This document shows, in pieces, positions 13,289 through 25,400 of a stretch of 63,975 bases of DNA (the stretch's first letter is position 1; the number at the start of each line of letters is the position of its first letter). Source of the stretch: Octopus bimaculoides (lineage: Eukaryota); assembly GCF_001194135.2 (NCBI RefSeq), contig NC_068999.1, positions 4,963,303 through 5,027,277 on the forward strand, read 5' to 3'. A program made the translations under genes and the position numbers. Below the pieces are notes generated by a model. It saw only the letters and a list, made by a program, of their open reading frames with translations. It ran no database searches and was not told where the DNA came from.

Positions 13289-15610
13289 TGTTTGTGTAAG
13301 TGACCGATAGAATAAGTGCCAAACTTGAAAATATAAGGACTGGATCTTGAATATTCGTTAGTCAACATCTGCTGGAATGGCGTAGGAGTGGGTAGCTCTA
13401 GAGAGTCGACAGTTTGGGGGAGAAAAGATTGGGAATAAGTGAGGATTTAGGGTGTGGTAAATGGTACCCAGAAGGGGTGTTGTGAAGAGGAGGGAGAAGT
13501 AAGTTGGTTTGGCTTTTGTTGAGGGGGGAAGGGAACTAATTCAGAGGAGTGGGAAAACTATTTACAGAAGCAGTGGATGGGACGGAGAGAGGGGATAGTG
13601 TATCTTGTGGGTGAATCACCATCATCATTTTACAGCCACTTTTCAGGCTGCTATGGGTTCAATGGGTCATCCTGCTCTGAATCACTTCCCACTTGGGTGC
13701 TACTGTTCCCAAAATCTGGTGCTTGTATATGCATTCATTCGGTTTGGTTTCAATGGTCAGATGCCCTTTCTAATACCAACCATTTTACCATGTATTGAGT
13801 ACATTTTCTCCGTGACACTAAAACTAAAAAGATTAAATAATCCTTGAGAAAAGACTAGAGGGGTTTTTATAACCCCTTGCTCTTTCTCTGATCATACAAC
13901 GGACCACTTTACTGTGCACTGGGTATGTTTTAGTCAAACAAATCAACTTATTGCTTTTAAGCCTCATACTTATCCTATCAGTCGCTTTAGCTGAACTGCT
14001 AGGCTACGGGGACATAACCACACCAACACCAGTTATCAAGCAGTTATAAGGGACACCCCCCCCATACACACACACAGACACTTAATGCTGAAATCTTTCT
14101 AATTAAACTTTATATAGTCCTGTCCCTGGGTGGGTGCTGGGGGTAGCAGGAATATACTGATCTCTTTGGTGATATTCTACATGATTATCTCTCTTGTGTT
14201 TGAAACATTAAAATAGTAGTGGAGGGGGGGGGGAAGGTGCAGGCATGGTAATTGGTGGTGGTGGTGGTAACGGTGATAATGATGATGATGATAATGGGTG
14301 ATGGTGGTAATGTATGTATGTGCATACATGTACATTAATGTATGTGTGCATATGTTTGTATGTATATGTGTGTGTATGCATGTATATGTGCATAGTGTTG
14401 GTGTCAGAGATGGTGGTGGTGAGGGTGGGGATGACCATGATTGAGGTAGTGGTAGTAGTAGTAGTGATGGTAGCCTAAATGGTGATGATGAGGAAAATGA
14501 AAAGAGTGATGGAGATAGTGGTGATGTTGATGATGACGACGATGATGATGATGATGGTTGTACTGCTGCTGATGGTGCTGGTGGGGTAGTGGTATTCATA
14601 AATGTATATATTCCCATCTGGTAATGTTTTTATAACACTTCATTATAATAACAAAGTAACTGTAGATAACATGATATCACATGATATATGGCTTGTACCC
14701 CCCTCTCCCCTCCCGGGGTGGGTGTATAGCTTGAGGATGTTGGTGAGGTGTTGTATATTTGTATATCACCCCCAACCTCCCTGTTATTTTTTGTTTTGTT
14801 TTAAATATATAGATGTACACGTGTCTGTGTATGTGTGTGTGCACATGTGTGTGTGCACGTGTGTGTATCTGTATGTGTGTGTGCATGTATGTGTATTTGT
14901 GTATGTGTATGTTAGCATGTATGTATGTATATTTGTGTATCTAAGCATGTATATGTATGTATATGTGTATGCATAAGAACTTAGACCAATTCTCTTGTTT
15001 CTACTTTCATGTATATGTATGCACACACACACACACACACACATACAGTCATATATATGTATATGTGTGTGTGTAGACACACACACACAACACTACACAT
15101 ATAGCTTCTATATGACCACATAGCTATGTTGTGTGTGTGGAATGAATTAATTGGCCTAAGTGACACCCTGTGGAGTTCAACAATTACAACTTTACAGAGA
15201 GAAAGCAGTAGAAGAGGCAACTATTGCAAGAGTGGTGAGGGGAGGGGTTAGGGTATCTCCTGGTGGTACTTTCAGTTTGGAAGGGAAAGAGCGGAAGACT
15301 GTGAGGATGTGATATTCATGCCTTTCCCAAATAACAAATACCATAATACAAGTGTAACAGTTACAATGAAAGGAAGTGACACGCCACTTTACATATCATC
15401 ATCATCATCATCATCAGTTAATATTCGTCTTCCATGCTAGCATGGGTTGGGCAGTTTGATAGGATCCGATGACCTGCAGAGCTGTGTTAGGTCCCAATGT
15501 CAGCTTGGCATGGTTTCTATGATTGGATGCCCTTTCTAACACCAATGTTATAGATGTATATATATATATATATAATGAACTTCAATATATGAACTTCAAA
15601 TATATATATA

Positions 15611-15762
15611 ATGAGCTTCAATAGCTGACAGCTGTTTCCGCTATAGGATGCAGTGGACTCCTCGTTGAGTGCCTCAATAACAGCATCAGGTGTTATTCAG
15701 GCACTCAACTATGAGTCCACCATATCCTATAGCAGAAACAGCTGTAAGCTATTGAAATTCAT
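15611..15762. repeat. Fold-back inverted repeat, 72-bp arms and 8-nt loop
   Basis: Arms 15611-15682 and 15691-15762, 62/72 complementary by manual alignment. Confidence 0.9.
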
Positions 15763-15802
15763 AAGATAATCATTTATTCTATTGTTATCTCTTTTTTCAT
15801 AC

Positions 15803-15834
<32 letters not shown>

Positions 15835-15839
15835 ATTAC

Positions 15840-15961
15840 ATTAATCAAAGGACACATTAAAGTGTCTACCCACTAGAAACAAGAGTTAAAAACCATCATT
15901 TGGACCACCAATTGTTTCTTATTTCTAGCGGGTGAACACTTTAATGTGTCCTTTGATTAAT
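15840..15961. mobile_element. MITE-like element with 45-bp terminal inverted repeats
   Basis: 15840-15884 versus the reverse complement of 15917-15961: 41/45 identical. Confidence 0.8.
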
Positions 15962-16111
15962 CCAATTTTAATTCTATAGCTATATAATGCTGCTTTAGGC
16001 CTCCAACCACCTATATTAATATTGTTGTTATTATAAACTATTTGTATTGCCTTCGATAATAATAACAATATTAATATCTGTATAAATATTTGCTTCTAAA
16101 TATTTTTGCTG

Positions 16112-16207
<96 letters not shown>

Positions 16208-16225
16208 ATAATATTCTTTTCTACT

Positions 16226-16345
16226 TTAGGCAGAAGGCCCAAAATTTTTGGGGAGGGGGCCAGTCAATTAGATCGACCCTAGTATGCAACTGGTACTTAA
16301 TTTATCGACCCCGACAGGATGAAAGGCAAAGTCAACCTCGACGGA
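16226..16345 (-). mobile_element. SINE family B fragment
   Basis: TTAGGCAGAAGGCCCAAAATTTT...CTGGTACTTAATTTATCGACCCCG...GATGAAAGGCAAAGTCAACCTCG. Confidence 0.8.
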
Positions 16346-16922
16346 ATAGTTTAATATTAGGACATATAAGCCCCGATATTAGACCATTTACCTCAGTCAA
16401 TGCACAGTGATTGCTTATAAGCCTTAAGCTTATAAAATATTATTTCCAGAAGTGTAAAATTCAACGCTGTTTACCAAATAATCTAACACACACACACATA
16501 TAATGTATGCACATCTATGTATAATGGACAATACAGCCAATAAACATATATGTAGTTTCACTTTGTAAATAGAACCAGTGATTATATAAAAACACATCTC
16601 AGATATTTGTCTTTTATTCTTAAATTGTTCACTTATTTTAATTAATTGAGTGAACAATTACTTTCTGTGCATTACCAATTAACAGCTTGTTATAGTTGTC
16701 TCATATCCAAAAATGTACAAATTTCATTATTCCTCTATCTTCATTAAAATAATTATATTCTGATTGTATGTATGTGTGTGGTGGGGTGGAGTATTCTAAA
16801 ATGTTTCAGAATTTCTTTATAATCTTTTAAAATTGCATGACTTTTTCTCACCTGCCATCTGGTTATCAAATCACAGTAATATGTCCACAGGATATTTTTG
16901 TATTTTGTAATATTGATCTTCA

Positions 16923-17171
16923 TACATTATTTACATTTGACAGATATTTGTCCTCATCATGTTTGTTTTTAACACAACGTTTTGGCTGATATACCCTCCA
17001 GCCTTCTTCAGGTATCTTGGGGAAATTTTGAACCTTGGTTCTCATTCCTAAGGAACCCAGGTTTGAAATTTCCCCAAGACACCTGACGAAGGATGGAGGG
17101 TATATCAGCTGAAATGTTGTGTTAACAACAAACAAGATGAGGACAAATATCCGTCAAATGTAAATAATGTA
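16923..17171. mobile_element. Fold-back Penelope-like element terminus with degenerate minimal hammerhead ribozyme motifs on both strands
   Basis: 119-bp inverted arms (16923-17041 and 17053-17171). + strand 17078-17123: GACAC-CTGACGA-A-GGATG..CAGCT-GAAAT-GTT-GTGTT. - strand 16971-17016: GATAC-CTGAAGA-A-GGCTG..CAGCC-AAAAC-GTT-GTGTT. Confidence 0.7.
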
Positions 17172-17351
17172 AATAATTCCTCATCTCCTAAGTATAGAAC
17201 TGTATTGATCTTTATGTGCAATAAATTGGTTATTCTGTTGCAACACACAAATTATTGGGTATTTTGTTGGGATTTTATTTCTGTAAATTTTTAAAATATT
17301 TCACATAATCTAAACTATTTTACTCAACTTTTTGCATAAGAATATACAGCC

Positions 17352-17583
17352 CAGTCTACCTAACTGTAAGTTGGTACTACACTGTGGTATATTTCACTGT
17401 ACTGTGTTTGTGACTCAGTCTGCCTAACGGTAATTAGGTACCATAGTGTGGTATATTTCATTGTACTGTGTCCCTGACTCAGTTTGCCTAACTGTAATTA
17501 GGTACCATACTGTGGTATATTTCATTGTACTGTGTCCATGATGCAGTCTGCCTGACTGTAAATGGGTACCACAGTGTGGTACA
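17352..17583. repeat. Minisatellite, 64-bp unit, about 3.6 copies
   Basis: Unit starts (CAGT) at 17352, 17416, 17480 and 17544. Confidence 0.9.
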
Positions 17584-19137
17584 GTTAGTTCATTCTTTTG
17601 TGTGATAATAGTCTCAAAAAGAATAAGTAGGATTGGTAAAGGGAGTGGTAGTGTATTGTGAGGGAGTGTAGATGGAAGGGGAGATGGATGAAAAGGTTGT
17701 GTGTGAGAGAAGAAGGGTCTAGTCCAGTAGTCCTCAACAAGGGGTCCAAATAAGATTTTGTTGTTGAAGTTTATCTGCAATGAAGTAGTTATACTTCTGC
17801 AGCACTCAAAATATTTGGACAATTTTTTTAATACAAATCCCATAAAAATTTAATAATAAAAATGATAAAATCTTTGAAATGTGGAATTGTTAAGGGTGTG
17901 GAGGAGACTAGAATAGGAAACAAATGGGTTCCATAGGTATAAAAATGGTTGCAAAGCATTGGTCTAAACGAAGCAGAAGTTGACAGACCTTCCCCACTGA
18001 CACACACACACACATACACATTAATCAGTGAGAAATAAGAAGCGGGAGAAGACGGTGGGGGGTGGGGGAGAAAGATGTGGAGGGAAAGAAAAGATATTTA
18101 GAATCTTCCCTCTTTTCCTTCCACTGACCTCATCCAGTCACACTCCAAATCTCAATGTCTGATATTACATTCAGGCTGAGTGCAAGTGACAGTTCCCCCC
18201 CGCCCCCCGTGAGTGGAGTGGAGCAGTTGTACCAACCCTTCCCTTAAGTGTGATATAGGTTTGCTCTGGTATCTCTCTGTGATGAGGGAGTGGAATGTGG
18301 TGGGGGTGGGGTGGGAGGAGGATGGTGATAGNNNNNNNNNNNNNNNNNNNNNNNNNNNNNNNNNNNNNNNNNNNNNNNNNNNNNNNNNNNNNNNNNNNNN
18401 NNNNNNNNNNNNNNNNNNNNNNNNNNNNNNNNNNNNNNNNNNNNNNNNNNNNNNNNNNNNNNNNNNNNNNNNNNNNNNNNNNNNNNNNNNNNNNNNNCCC
18501 CCATGCCAATTAACCCCCTTCCTCCTCCTCCCTTCCCAATGTACTCAGCACTCACCAGTTTCCTGTTTGGTAATATACCCTCTCCATACCCAGCGACCAG
18601 ATTAATCATTCTAACGGATATTAATCCATACCTATATTCTGTGTGTATGTCACTTACCCCACATCTCTCCCCTCCACCCGACCCATCCACTCACCCCTTT
18701 TCTCTCTTCCTCTTCTCCTGCCATCACCCCCCCCCCCAACTCCACTAAGTATCTACCCTAATCTCATCTTATTATGTTTGCTCAGTTTCACTTTGGTGGT
18801 GGTGATGGTGGTGGTGGAGTGTATTGGTGATGGTATACTGATGTGTGGTGGTGGTAGTGGTGGTTTATGTAGTAGTAGTAACTACAAGGAGAAGAATTAA
18901 AGAAATAGGGAGCGGAGTGAGAGTCCCTCTGTGAATTAAACATAATGATATTGGCTGCTCGTATGTGACTCTGCAGGAATGGCCCTATATTTCAGGATAA
19001 TGAGGTAAGACGTTGTGATGTTAATGCCTTTCCTATGGATATTGTCTATGGAAACAAAGGGTAGAGAAATTGCACCAAGAAAGGACCAAAACTTTGGTCA
19101 CCATTTAGAAACTAATTTACAGAGAAGTAGTTAGGGA

Positions 19138-19490
19138 GTTGTGGGGTGTGTGGTAAGAAGTTTGTTTCCCATCCACATAGTCTTGGGTTCAGTCCCACTG
19201 CTTGGTATCTTGGGCGAGTGTCTTCTGCTATAGCTTTGGTCCAACCAAAGTCTTGTGAGTGGATTTGATAGGTGGAAACTGAAAGAAGCCTGTCATTGAA
19301 ATTTATATCGGTTTTAAATTTTGGTACAGGGCCAGCAATTTTGGTGGAGGGAGTAAGTCGATTACATTCACCCCAGCATTCAGCTGGTACTTATTTTATT
19401 GACCCTGCAACAATGAAAGGCAAAGCCAACTTCGGTGGAATTTGAACTCTGAACATAAAATGGATGAAATACCACTAAGCAATTTGCCTA
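19138..19490. mobile_element. SINE A head (+) 19138-19295 abutting SINE B (-) 19316-19490
   Basis: Motif identity with other copies. Confidence 0.75.
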
Positions 19491-20217
19491 GCGATATATA
19501 ATACACATTGATAAATCATGTATAATAAGAAAAGAGATAGACTTTGTGTGTGTGTGTGTGTGTGCATGCTATTGTCTTCTTCCATTGTCTTCCTGTGATA
19601 ACTGTAAATAAATGTCTCTGTCATTCAAGTGATGTCTTTCGTTTAAAATCTTCCATGGAAACATGTCTGGCCATGGGGTAAATATGACCTTTCTTAGAAA
19701 CAGGTGGAGATTGGTGACAGGAAGGGTATTCAGCCGTAGAGAACCTGCCTTAACAGATGCCATCCAACTCATGCAAGCTTATTCCTTTCAAAAGGTCCCT
19801 GAATTGTTTAAAGATGTTGAATGAAACACCCATGTTTCCAGATGTGAATTATTCAAACCCCAAAGAATTCCTCTCAACACATGGCTATGATGCTCTCCCA
19901 CTACTTCTGCTCCTGATCAGAGATGCACATATCATCAGCCACCAAGGGNNNNNNNNNNCTCTCCCACTACTTCTGCTCCTGATCAGAGATGCACATATCA
20001 TCAGCCACCAAGGGACATGCTCAACTGGTTAAGGACAAACAACTGACATGCAAATCTGTGGTATTGAGCAGAATATTTGCTGTGGCCCATCTTTTGAGCC
20101 AAGACAAAACAATGTCCATGATAACACTTCCAATCAGTTAAGATCAGAAGCCATGAGAGCCACTGCCTGGGACTGCATCATCATTATCACCATCATAACC
20201 ATCGTCATCATTATTAA

Positions 20218-20425
20218 GGCGGCAAGGCAAGCTGGCAGAATCATTAGAGCATAAGCAATCATGAGTGGCATTTTATCTGTCTTTATGTCCTGAGTTCAAA
20301 TTCCACCAAGGTCTACTTTGCCTTTCATCCCTTTGGGGGTTGATAAAATAAGTACCAGTTGAGCGCTGGGGATCAATGTAATCGACTTACCCTCTCCCTT
20401 GAAACTGCCGGCATTGTGCCAAAAT
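20218..20425 (+). mobile_element. SINE family B, short-tailed copy
   Basis: AAGGCGGCAAGGCAAGCTGGCAGAATCATTAG...CTTTGCCTTTCATCC...GTGCCAAAATCTGAAACC. Confidence 0.85.
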
Positions 20426-21149
20426 CTGAAACCGTTGTTGTTGGTGGTGGTGGTGGTGGTGGTGGTGGTGTAGGAGAGCTTTACTGTTTTCTTTGCTGCT
20501 GTTATGGCATAATTTCTATCTCATTTGTTAGAATTAATTTATGAAAGACTCACCATCGGCCGACATAGTTGTGCATTGATGTGGGCTTTATCTATGTACA
20601 CACATGTACAGCCTCATGTATTCATGAACGTACTTCTAGCAATATACGCATCTTATGCATGTGTACACTAACACACATGGCTGTACAGGAATATAGATGT
20701 ATGCTCCACTTGATTTACATGCAGGCATGTGTGGATATGTGTGTGTATGTGACTGTGTGTGCATATGGTTGCTTCTGTGTGTGTGTGTGTGTGTCTGCAT
20801 ACATTTGGTTGAATGCTCTTATAGCTTAACCAACTAAATGATACTTGTATTATCATTGACCTGTTAACACACACACACACGTACACATGCTCATGCATAC
20901 ACGCATACTTTCATATACTTACACACACTCTTATCTTCTTCCCATCTTTTGTTACATATACCTTAACATATATGCCAACACTAATGTGTGTGTGTGTGTA
21001 TATATACACACACACACACTGAGGCAAACATGCATATATACATACATACAAACATGTATGTATATTCATTCACACATACATTTATACATCACCACTTATA
21101 TACTTTTAGATACATACACAAGCACACACACACTCACATACACACACAC

Positions 21150-21280
21150 ACAACAGGCTTCTTTCAGTTTCCATCTCCCACATCTACTCACAAGGTTTCG
21201 GTCAGCCCAAGGTTGTAGTGGAAGACACTTACCCAAGGTGCTTTGCAGTGGGACTGAACCCGGAACCAATGTGGTTGAAA
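21150..21280 (-). mobile_element. SINE family A head
   Basis: Reverse complement of the family A head and core. Confidence 0.8.
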
Positions 21281-21315
21281 AGGAAGAGAACATACATACT
21301 TATATACATCTATAT

Positions 21316-21381
<66 letters not shown>

Positions 21382-21759
21382 TCATACATACAGTCTTTGT
21401 TAGTGATCAGTTTAAATTGTAGGAAAGACTTCAAAAAGAAAAAAACATCTCAAAGACAAACTCAGAGAAACAGTTTTATGCTTCTATATCGATGATCACT
21501 TTCCTTCTCTATTCCTGCTGCCTCCTCTTTTTTTCTCTCTCTCTCTCTCTTTCTCCAGCTTTCTCTGTCTCTGTCACTCTCTCTCTCAAACACACACACA
21601 TGCACTCACGTGTGCACAGACACACAGTGCCCTACCATATTTGAAATTATCTAAAGTAGTCAGCTGACAGCTTCAAGTGGTTGTATTGGAAATATGAAGA
21701 GTCTTTAGAAATACTATTCCTTGCTTTGTTGATCATTGTACAGCACTGGAGTATTTCTG

Positions 21760-21945
21760 TGGCTCTGGAGTACAGCCTCAGCTGTCTGAAGTAGGCACTC
21801 AGATGAGTGTAGCCTCACCTATCCAGAGTTGACTCAGTGTGGAGTACAGCCTCACCTGTCTGGTATAGACTCACTGTTGAGTACAGCCTCATCTGCCCTG
21901 AAGATCACTATGTTGAGTATAGCCTCAGCTGTCTGGAGCAGGTGA
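21760..21945. repeat. Degenerate tandem repeat, about 37-bp unit, 5 copies
   Basis: GAGT(A/G)(C/T)AGCCTCA(G/C/T)CT recurs near 21768, 21805, 21842, 21880 and 21915. Confidence 0.7.
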
Positions 21946-22369
21946 GTGTTAGTGACAGGAAGAACATCCAGTTGTAGAAAGTCTGCTTCAACAAAGTGTT
22001 TATTATAACTCCCACTGCCACCATCAGCACTTTTAATAAAACATCATCAACTCTCCCTAAATTTCTTTGTCTCTCTCTCTCTCTCCCTCTCTTTTTCTTT
22101 CTCTCTCTCTCTCTCCCTCTCTTTTTCTTTCTCTCTCTCTCTCTCTGTCTTCATCACCACTTTCCCCATCTCTATGCCTACTATTACTCTCACCCCAGCA
22201 TGAGGAATAGAAGTGTCATTGAATAATGAGAGAGGTGGGGGTCAAAGTGTGACACACTGACACACAGAAATTGGCTTTCGTATTTATTATATTAGATTAC
22301 ATAATCATTTCTATAATATATACAATATAGGCATAATGATATAAATACAATGTAAACAGTTATATCTTG

Positions 22370-22680
22370 CCTATATACCAATACGTCTATATGTGAATGA
22401 GACATGGACTTCTACACAGAGCAAAGAACTCCTGTTGGCTATGGCACAAAGGACCTTGGAATTATCCATTCAGTGTGAGAGCATATATGAAATAATCGTA
22501 AATGCTCCATGATTGCAGAATACCGAAAACAAAAGTTCCAGTGGGTTATTCATATCACAAGGCTCACAGGCAACATGTGAACCCATGCAATTTCCGAGTG
22601 GTATCCAAGAGATCAGAAGAGGTCATTTTTAGAAAGCCTCCATGATGATGCAAAGATGACCAAGGGGGAGAAGAAGAAGG
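22370..22680 (+). mobile_element. Decayed RTE-clade LINE, ORF C-terminal fragment
   Basis: Translates with stops and frameshifts as ETWTSTQSKELLLAMAQRTLE...EYRKQKFQWVIHITRLTGNM*THAISEWYPRDQKRS, matching the recalled RTE post-RT pattern (ETW..., W.GH..R...EWYPR..KR). Confidence 0.75.
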
Positions 22681-23702
22681 GCACAGTCAAGAAAATATTG
22701 CAAGTGCATTGTGACCAGCAGTGTATAACAACATCTGATAATCTGGTCAATGCAGTAATATATGTCAGAGTATGGATATAACAATATTGACACAACATAG
22801 ATCGTTATATCTTTACTCTATACGATAAAGTATAGAATTACAATAGAGACATGTTATAGCAGGTTATATCTGCAGTACACAGGATATAGCTTAGATATAA
22901 GGATATAGATACAATATTTTTGTTATATCTCTCCAATAATGATATAGTATATATATATATATGTGTGTGTGTGTGTATATACGTATATATATATATATCA
23001 AAGCTAGGTTGGAGTGGTAGGGGCAGTCCGACCCCAGCAGCATTTTTAAAGCGGCAGCACTTTTGGGTCTGCTGTAGGCAATATGTGTTTTTTGTGAGGT
23101 CCAGAGGGCAGCAAATAGAAGGACCACCGCAGGTGGCCCACACTCTATAGCAATATAGATACGTTATAGATAGTCATATCTCTACTCTGTACTTTTATAC
23201 TGTTCTTTATTAGGGCACCACCAAAGCGGTGATGACATTTGTATGTCATGACCCAACTTTCGGAGTTATTCCTTAACAAAATACTTCAAGCAGAACTGGG
23301 AGAAAAAGAAAAAAATCTGTGCACAATTCATCGACTCACAGAACAAAGTTAAACTTCGAGCAGTGAGCGATGTCGTAGATGTTTAAACGATCCAACAAAT
23401 TAAAATAGAAGTTTGAGTTAGTAAAGCTATCAAATATGTTTGATTTCTCTGACTGTAAACATTAAAATTCATAATTTAATCATCTGTTGACATGCAAGTG
23501 TTATCGTTTACTGTAAAGCACATTATTCTGTATTGATGTAGCCGTAAGAACTCGGTTAATTTCCTTGCTTTATGTAATAGGAATAAAGGATAAAATGTTT
23601 CTGGAAATGGATTATTGTTTTTTTTTTTTTTTGATTATACTTATTTAAATGGTTACATATATATGTTGTATATGTTTGTGTGTGTGTGTATGAGTGTGTA
23701 TG

Positions 23703-23738
<36 letters not shown>

Positions 23739-23818
23739 TATGTGTATGTACGTATATATATATATATATATGTTTATGTGTATGTATGTATATATATATA
23801 TATATATATATATGCGTG

Positions 23819-23856
<38 letters not shown>

Positions 23857-23873
23857 GTGTGTGTGTGTGACAT

Positions 23874-24032
23874 CATCATCATTTAACATCCATTTTCCAT
23901 GCTGGCATTTATTGGATGGTTTGACAAGATGCCGGCAAAGCCAGGAACCGCTCCAGATTCTATCATTTTGGGATGATTTCAGCAGCTGGATACCGTTCCT
24001 AATGCCAACCACTTTGCAGAGTATACTGGATG

Positions 24033-24035
<3 letters not shown>
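23874..24035 (-). mobile_element. SINE family C tail
   Basis: CATCATCATCATTTAACATCCATTTTCCATGCTGGCAT...GGATACCGTTCCTAATGCCAACCAC; a related copy is at 24340-24560. Confidence 0.75.
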
Positions 24036-24084
<49 letters not shown>

Positions 24085-24799
24085 CTATGCTTGGATACTT
24101 GCATCTTAAGACAATTGAAAAGATTGTTATGAGGAAGGTCAAAAAAAAAATGTGTGTGTGTGTGTGTGTGGAGGATGACAGTTTGGTAATGAAGTATGAA
24201 TTGATTCAAGTGGAAGGAAAGAAGGAAGGTTGAGGAGACCTGAGAAGAAATATGGTTGTTTTGTTTGTTGTCTAGCATTTTATCTTCAATACCAGTTTAC
24301 TTTAGTGTAATATCTAAACATTTACTGTGTGAAGTATAAACTATCATCATTTAAAATCCATCTTCCGTGTTAGCTTTGGTTGGAGAGTTTGACAGGATCC
24401 AACAATTTGAAGGATCACATCTAACTCCAATGTCTGTTTTGGCAAAGATTCTGCAGCTGGATGCCCTTCCTTAAGCCAATCACTTCACTGGGTGTACTTT
24501 TTTGTGACACCAGCGCTAGTGATGTTGCCAAGTAACACACAAGACAAAGGAAAAAATCCCCTTGACTAATTGGGCTTGTTAGAAAAAAGTGAGGTAGCAT
24601 TATGCAAGGGTTGAGAGCCCAAAGCATGAGAAGGACTGGTACAGAAGTATAGTGTGCTGCACAATCTATATTATTGCAGAGTTCTTCCAACAGACACAAA
24701 TACACATACTTCCAATTACCACCTGCAACACCCCACATTGTGTAACACCATCACCTGAGTTTGGTTGTTGATAGCAGAGTTCATTCCGTTGCCAACATT

Positions 24800-25050
24800 C
24801 AGATCCAATCTTTGGTTCCTTCTGATGTTTAAGCATTGAGATTACTGTGTCAAATGTGATGCTTGTTTATTCACATTGTTTTGAATTAATGATGCATTAT
24901 CTCGTAGCTTTGAAATTTCAATGATGTGATTGTTTATTTGTAGAATAATATTGTAGGGTAAGTGTGAGAGGCTGGATCTGGCTGGTTTGATCATGAAATA
25001 AGGTAGAATATTTGAGCTGGCTATGGCTGCTTTAAATGCTAAAGGATTAA
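24800..25050. mobile_element. piggyBac-like MITE fragment (one end ...AATGCTAAAGGATTAA)
   Basis: Internal sequence similar to 52397-52939; CCCT/AGGG-type terminus with TTAA. Confidence 0.55.
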
Positions 25051-25400
25051 ACTGCCATCGGCCACATCAATTTCACCAGTCTTTGACAGCTTTGAAAGGC
25101 CACAAGTCCTCCTGCTGATGCTACTACTACAACTACTATTCACTAACTTATAAAGGTAAAAGAGAAAAGCTATACAATGTGTAGTGTACCATGTCAAAAA
25201 GTGTCTCACCTGTCACCAACTGTATCTGATGTTTGTTTTGTTGTTTCATCTTTTGTCTGTTTGCTGTGTCATTTAATGATCTTCTCTGTCAACATGTATA
25301 TTTCTGCATAATGTTATAGGGTGACCACGCCTTTTCCATTTAAACCTCCCTGCTCCCTGTTGATGGTGGTTCTTTTGATTTTTTTTTTTTTTTTTACAGT

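Noticed and set aside
17352-17583. CRISPR-like array
   Set aside because: The whole 64-bp unit is repeated with no unique spacers, and the context is eukaryotic with no cas genes.
19890-20016. Direct duplication of about 57 nt on either side of a 10-N gap; similar cases near 30655-30740 and 61690-61840
   Set aside because: Typical unmerged contig-end overlap, so an assembly artefact.
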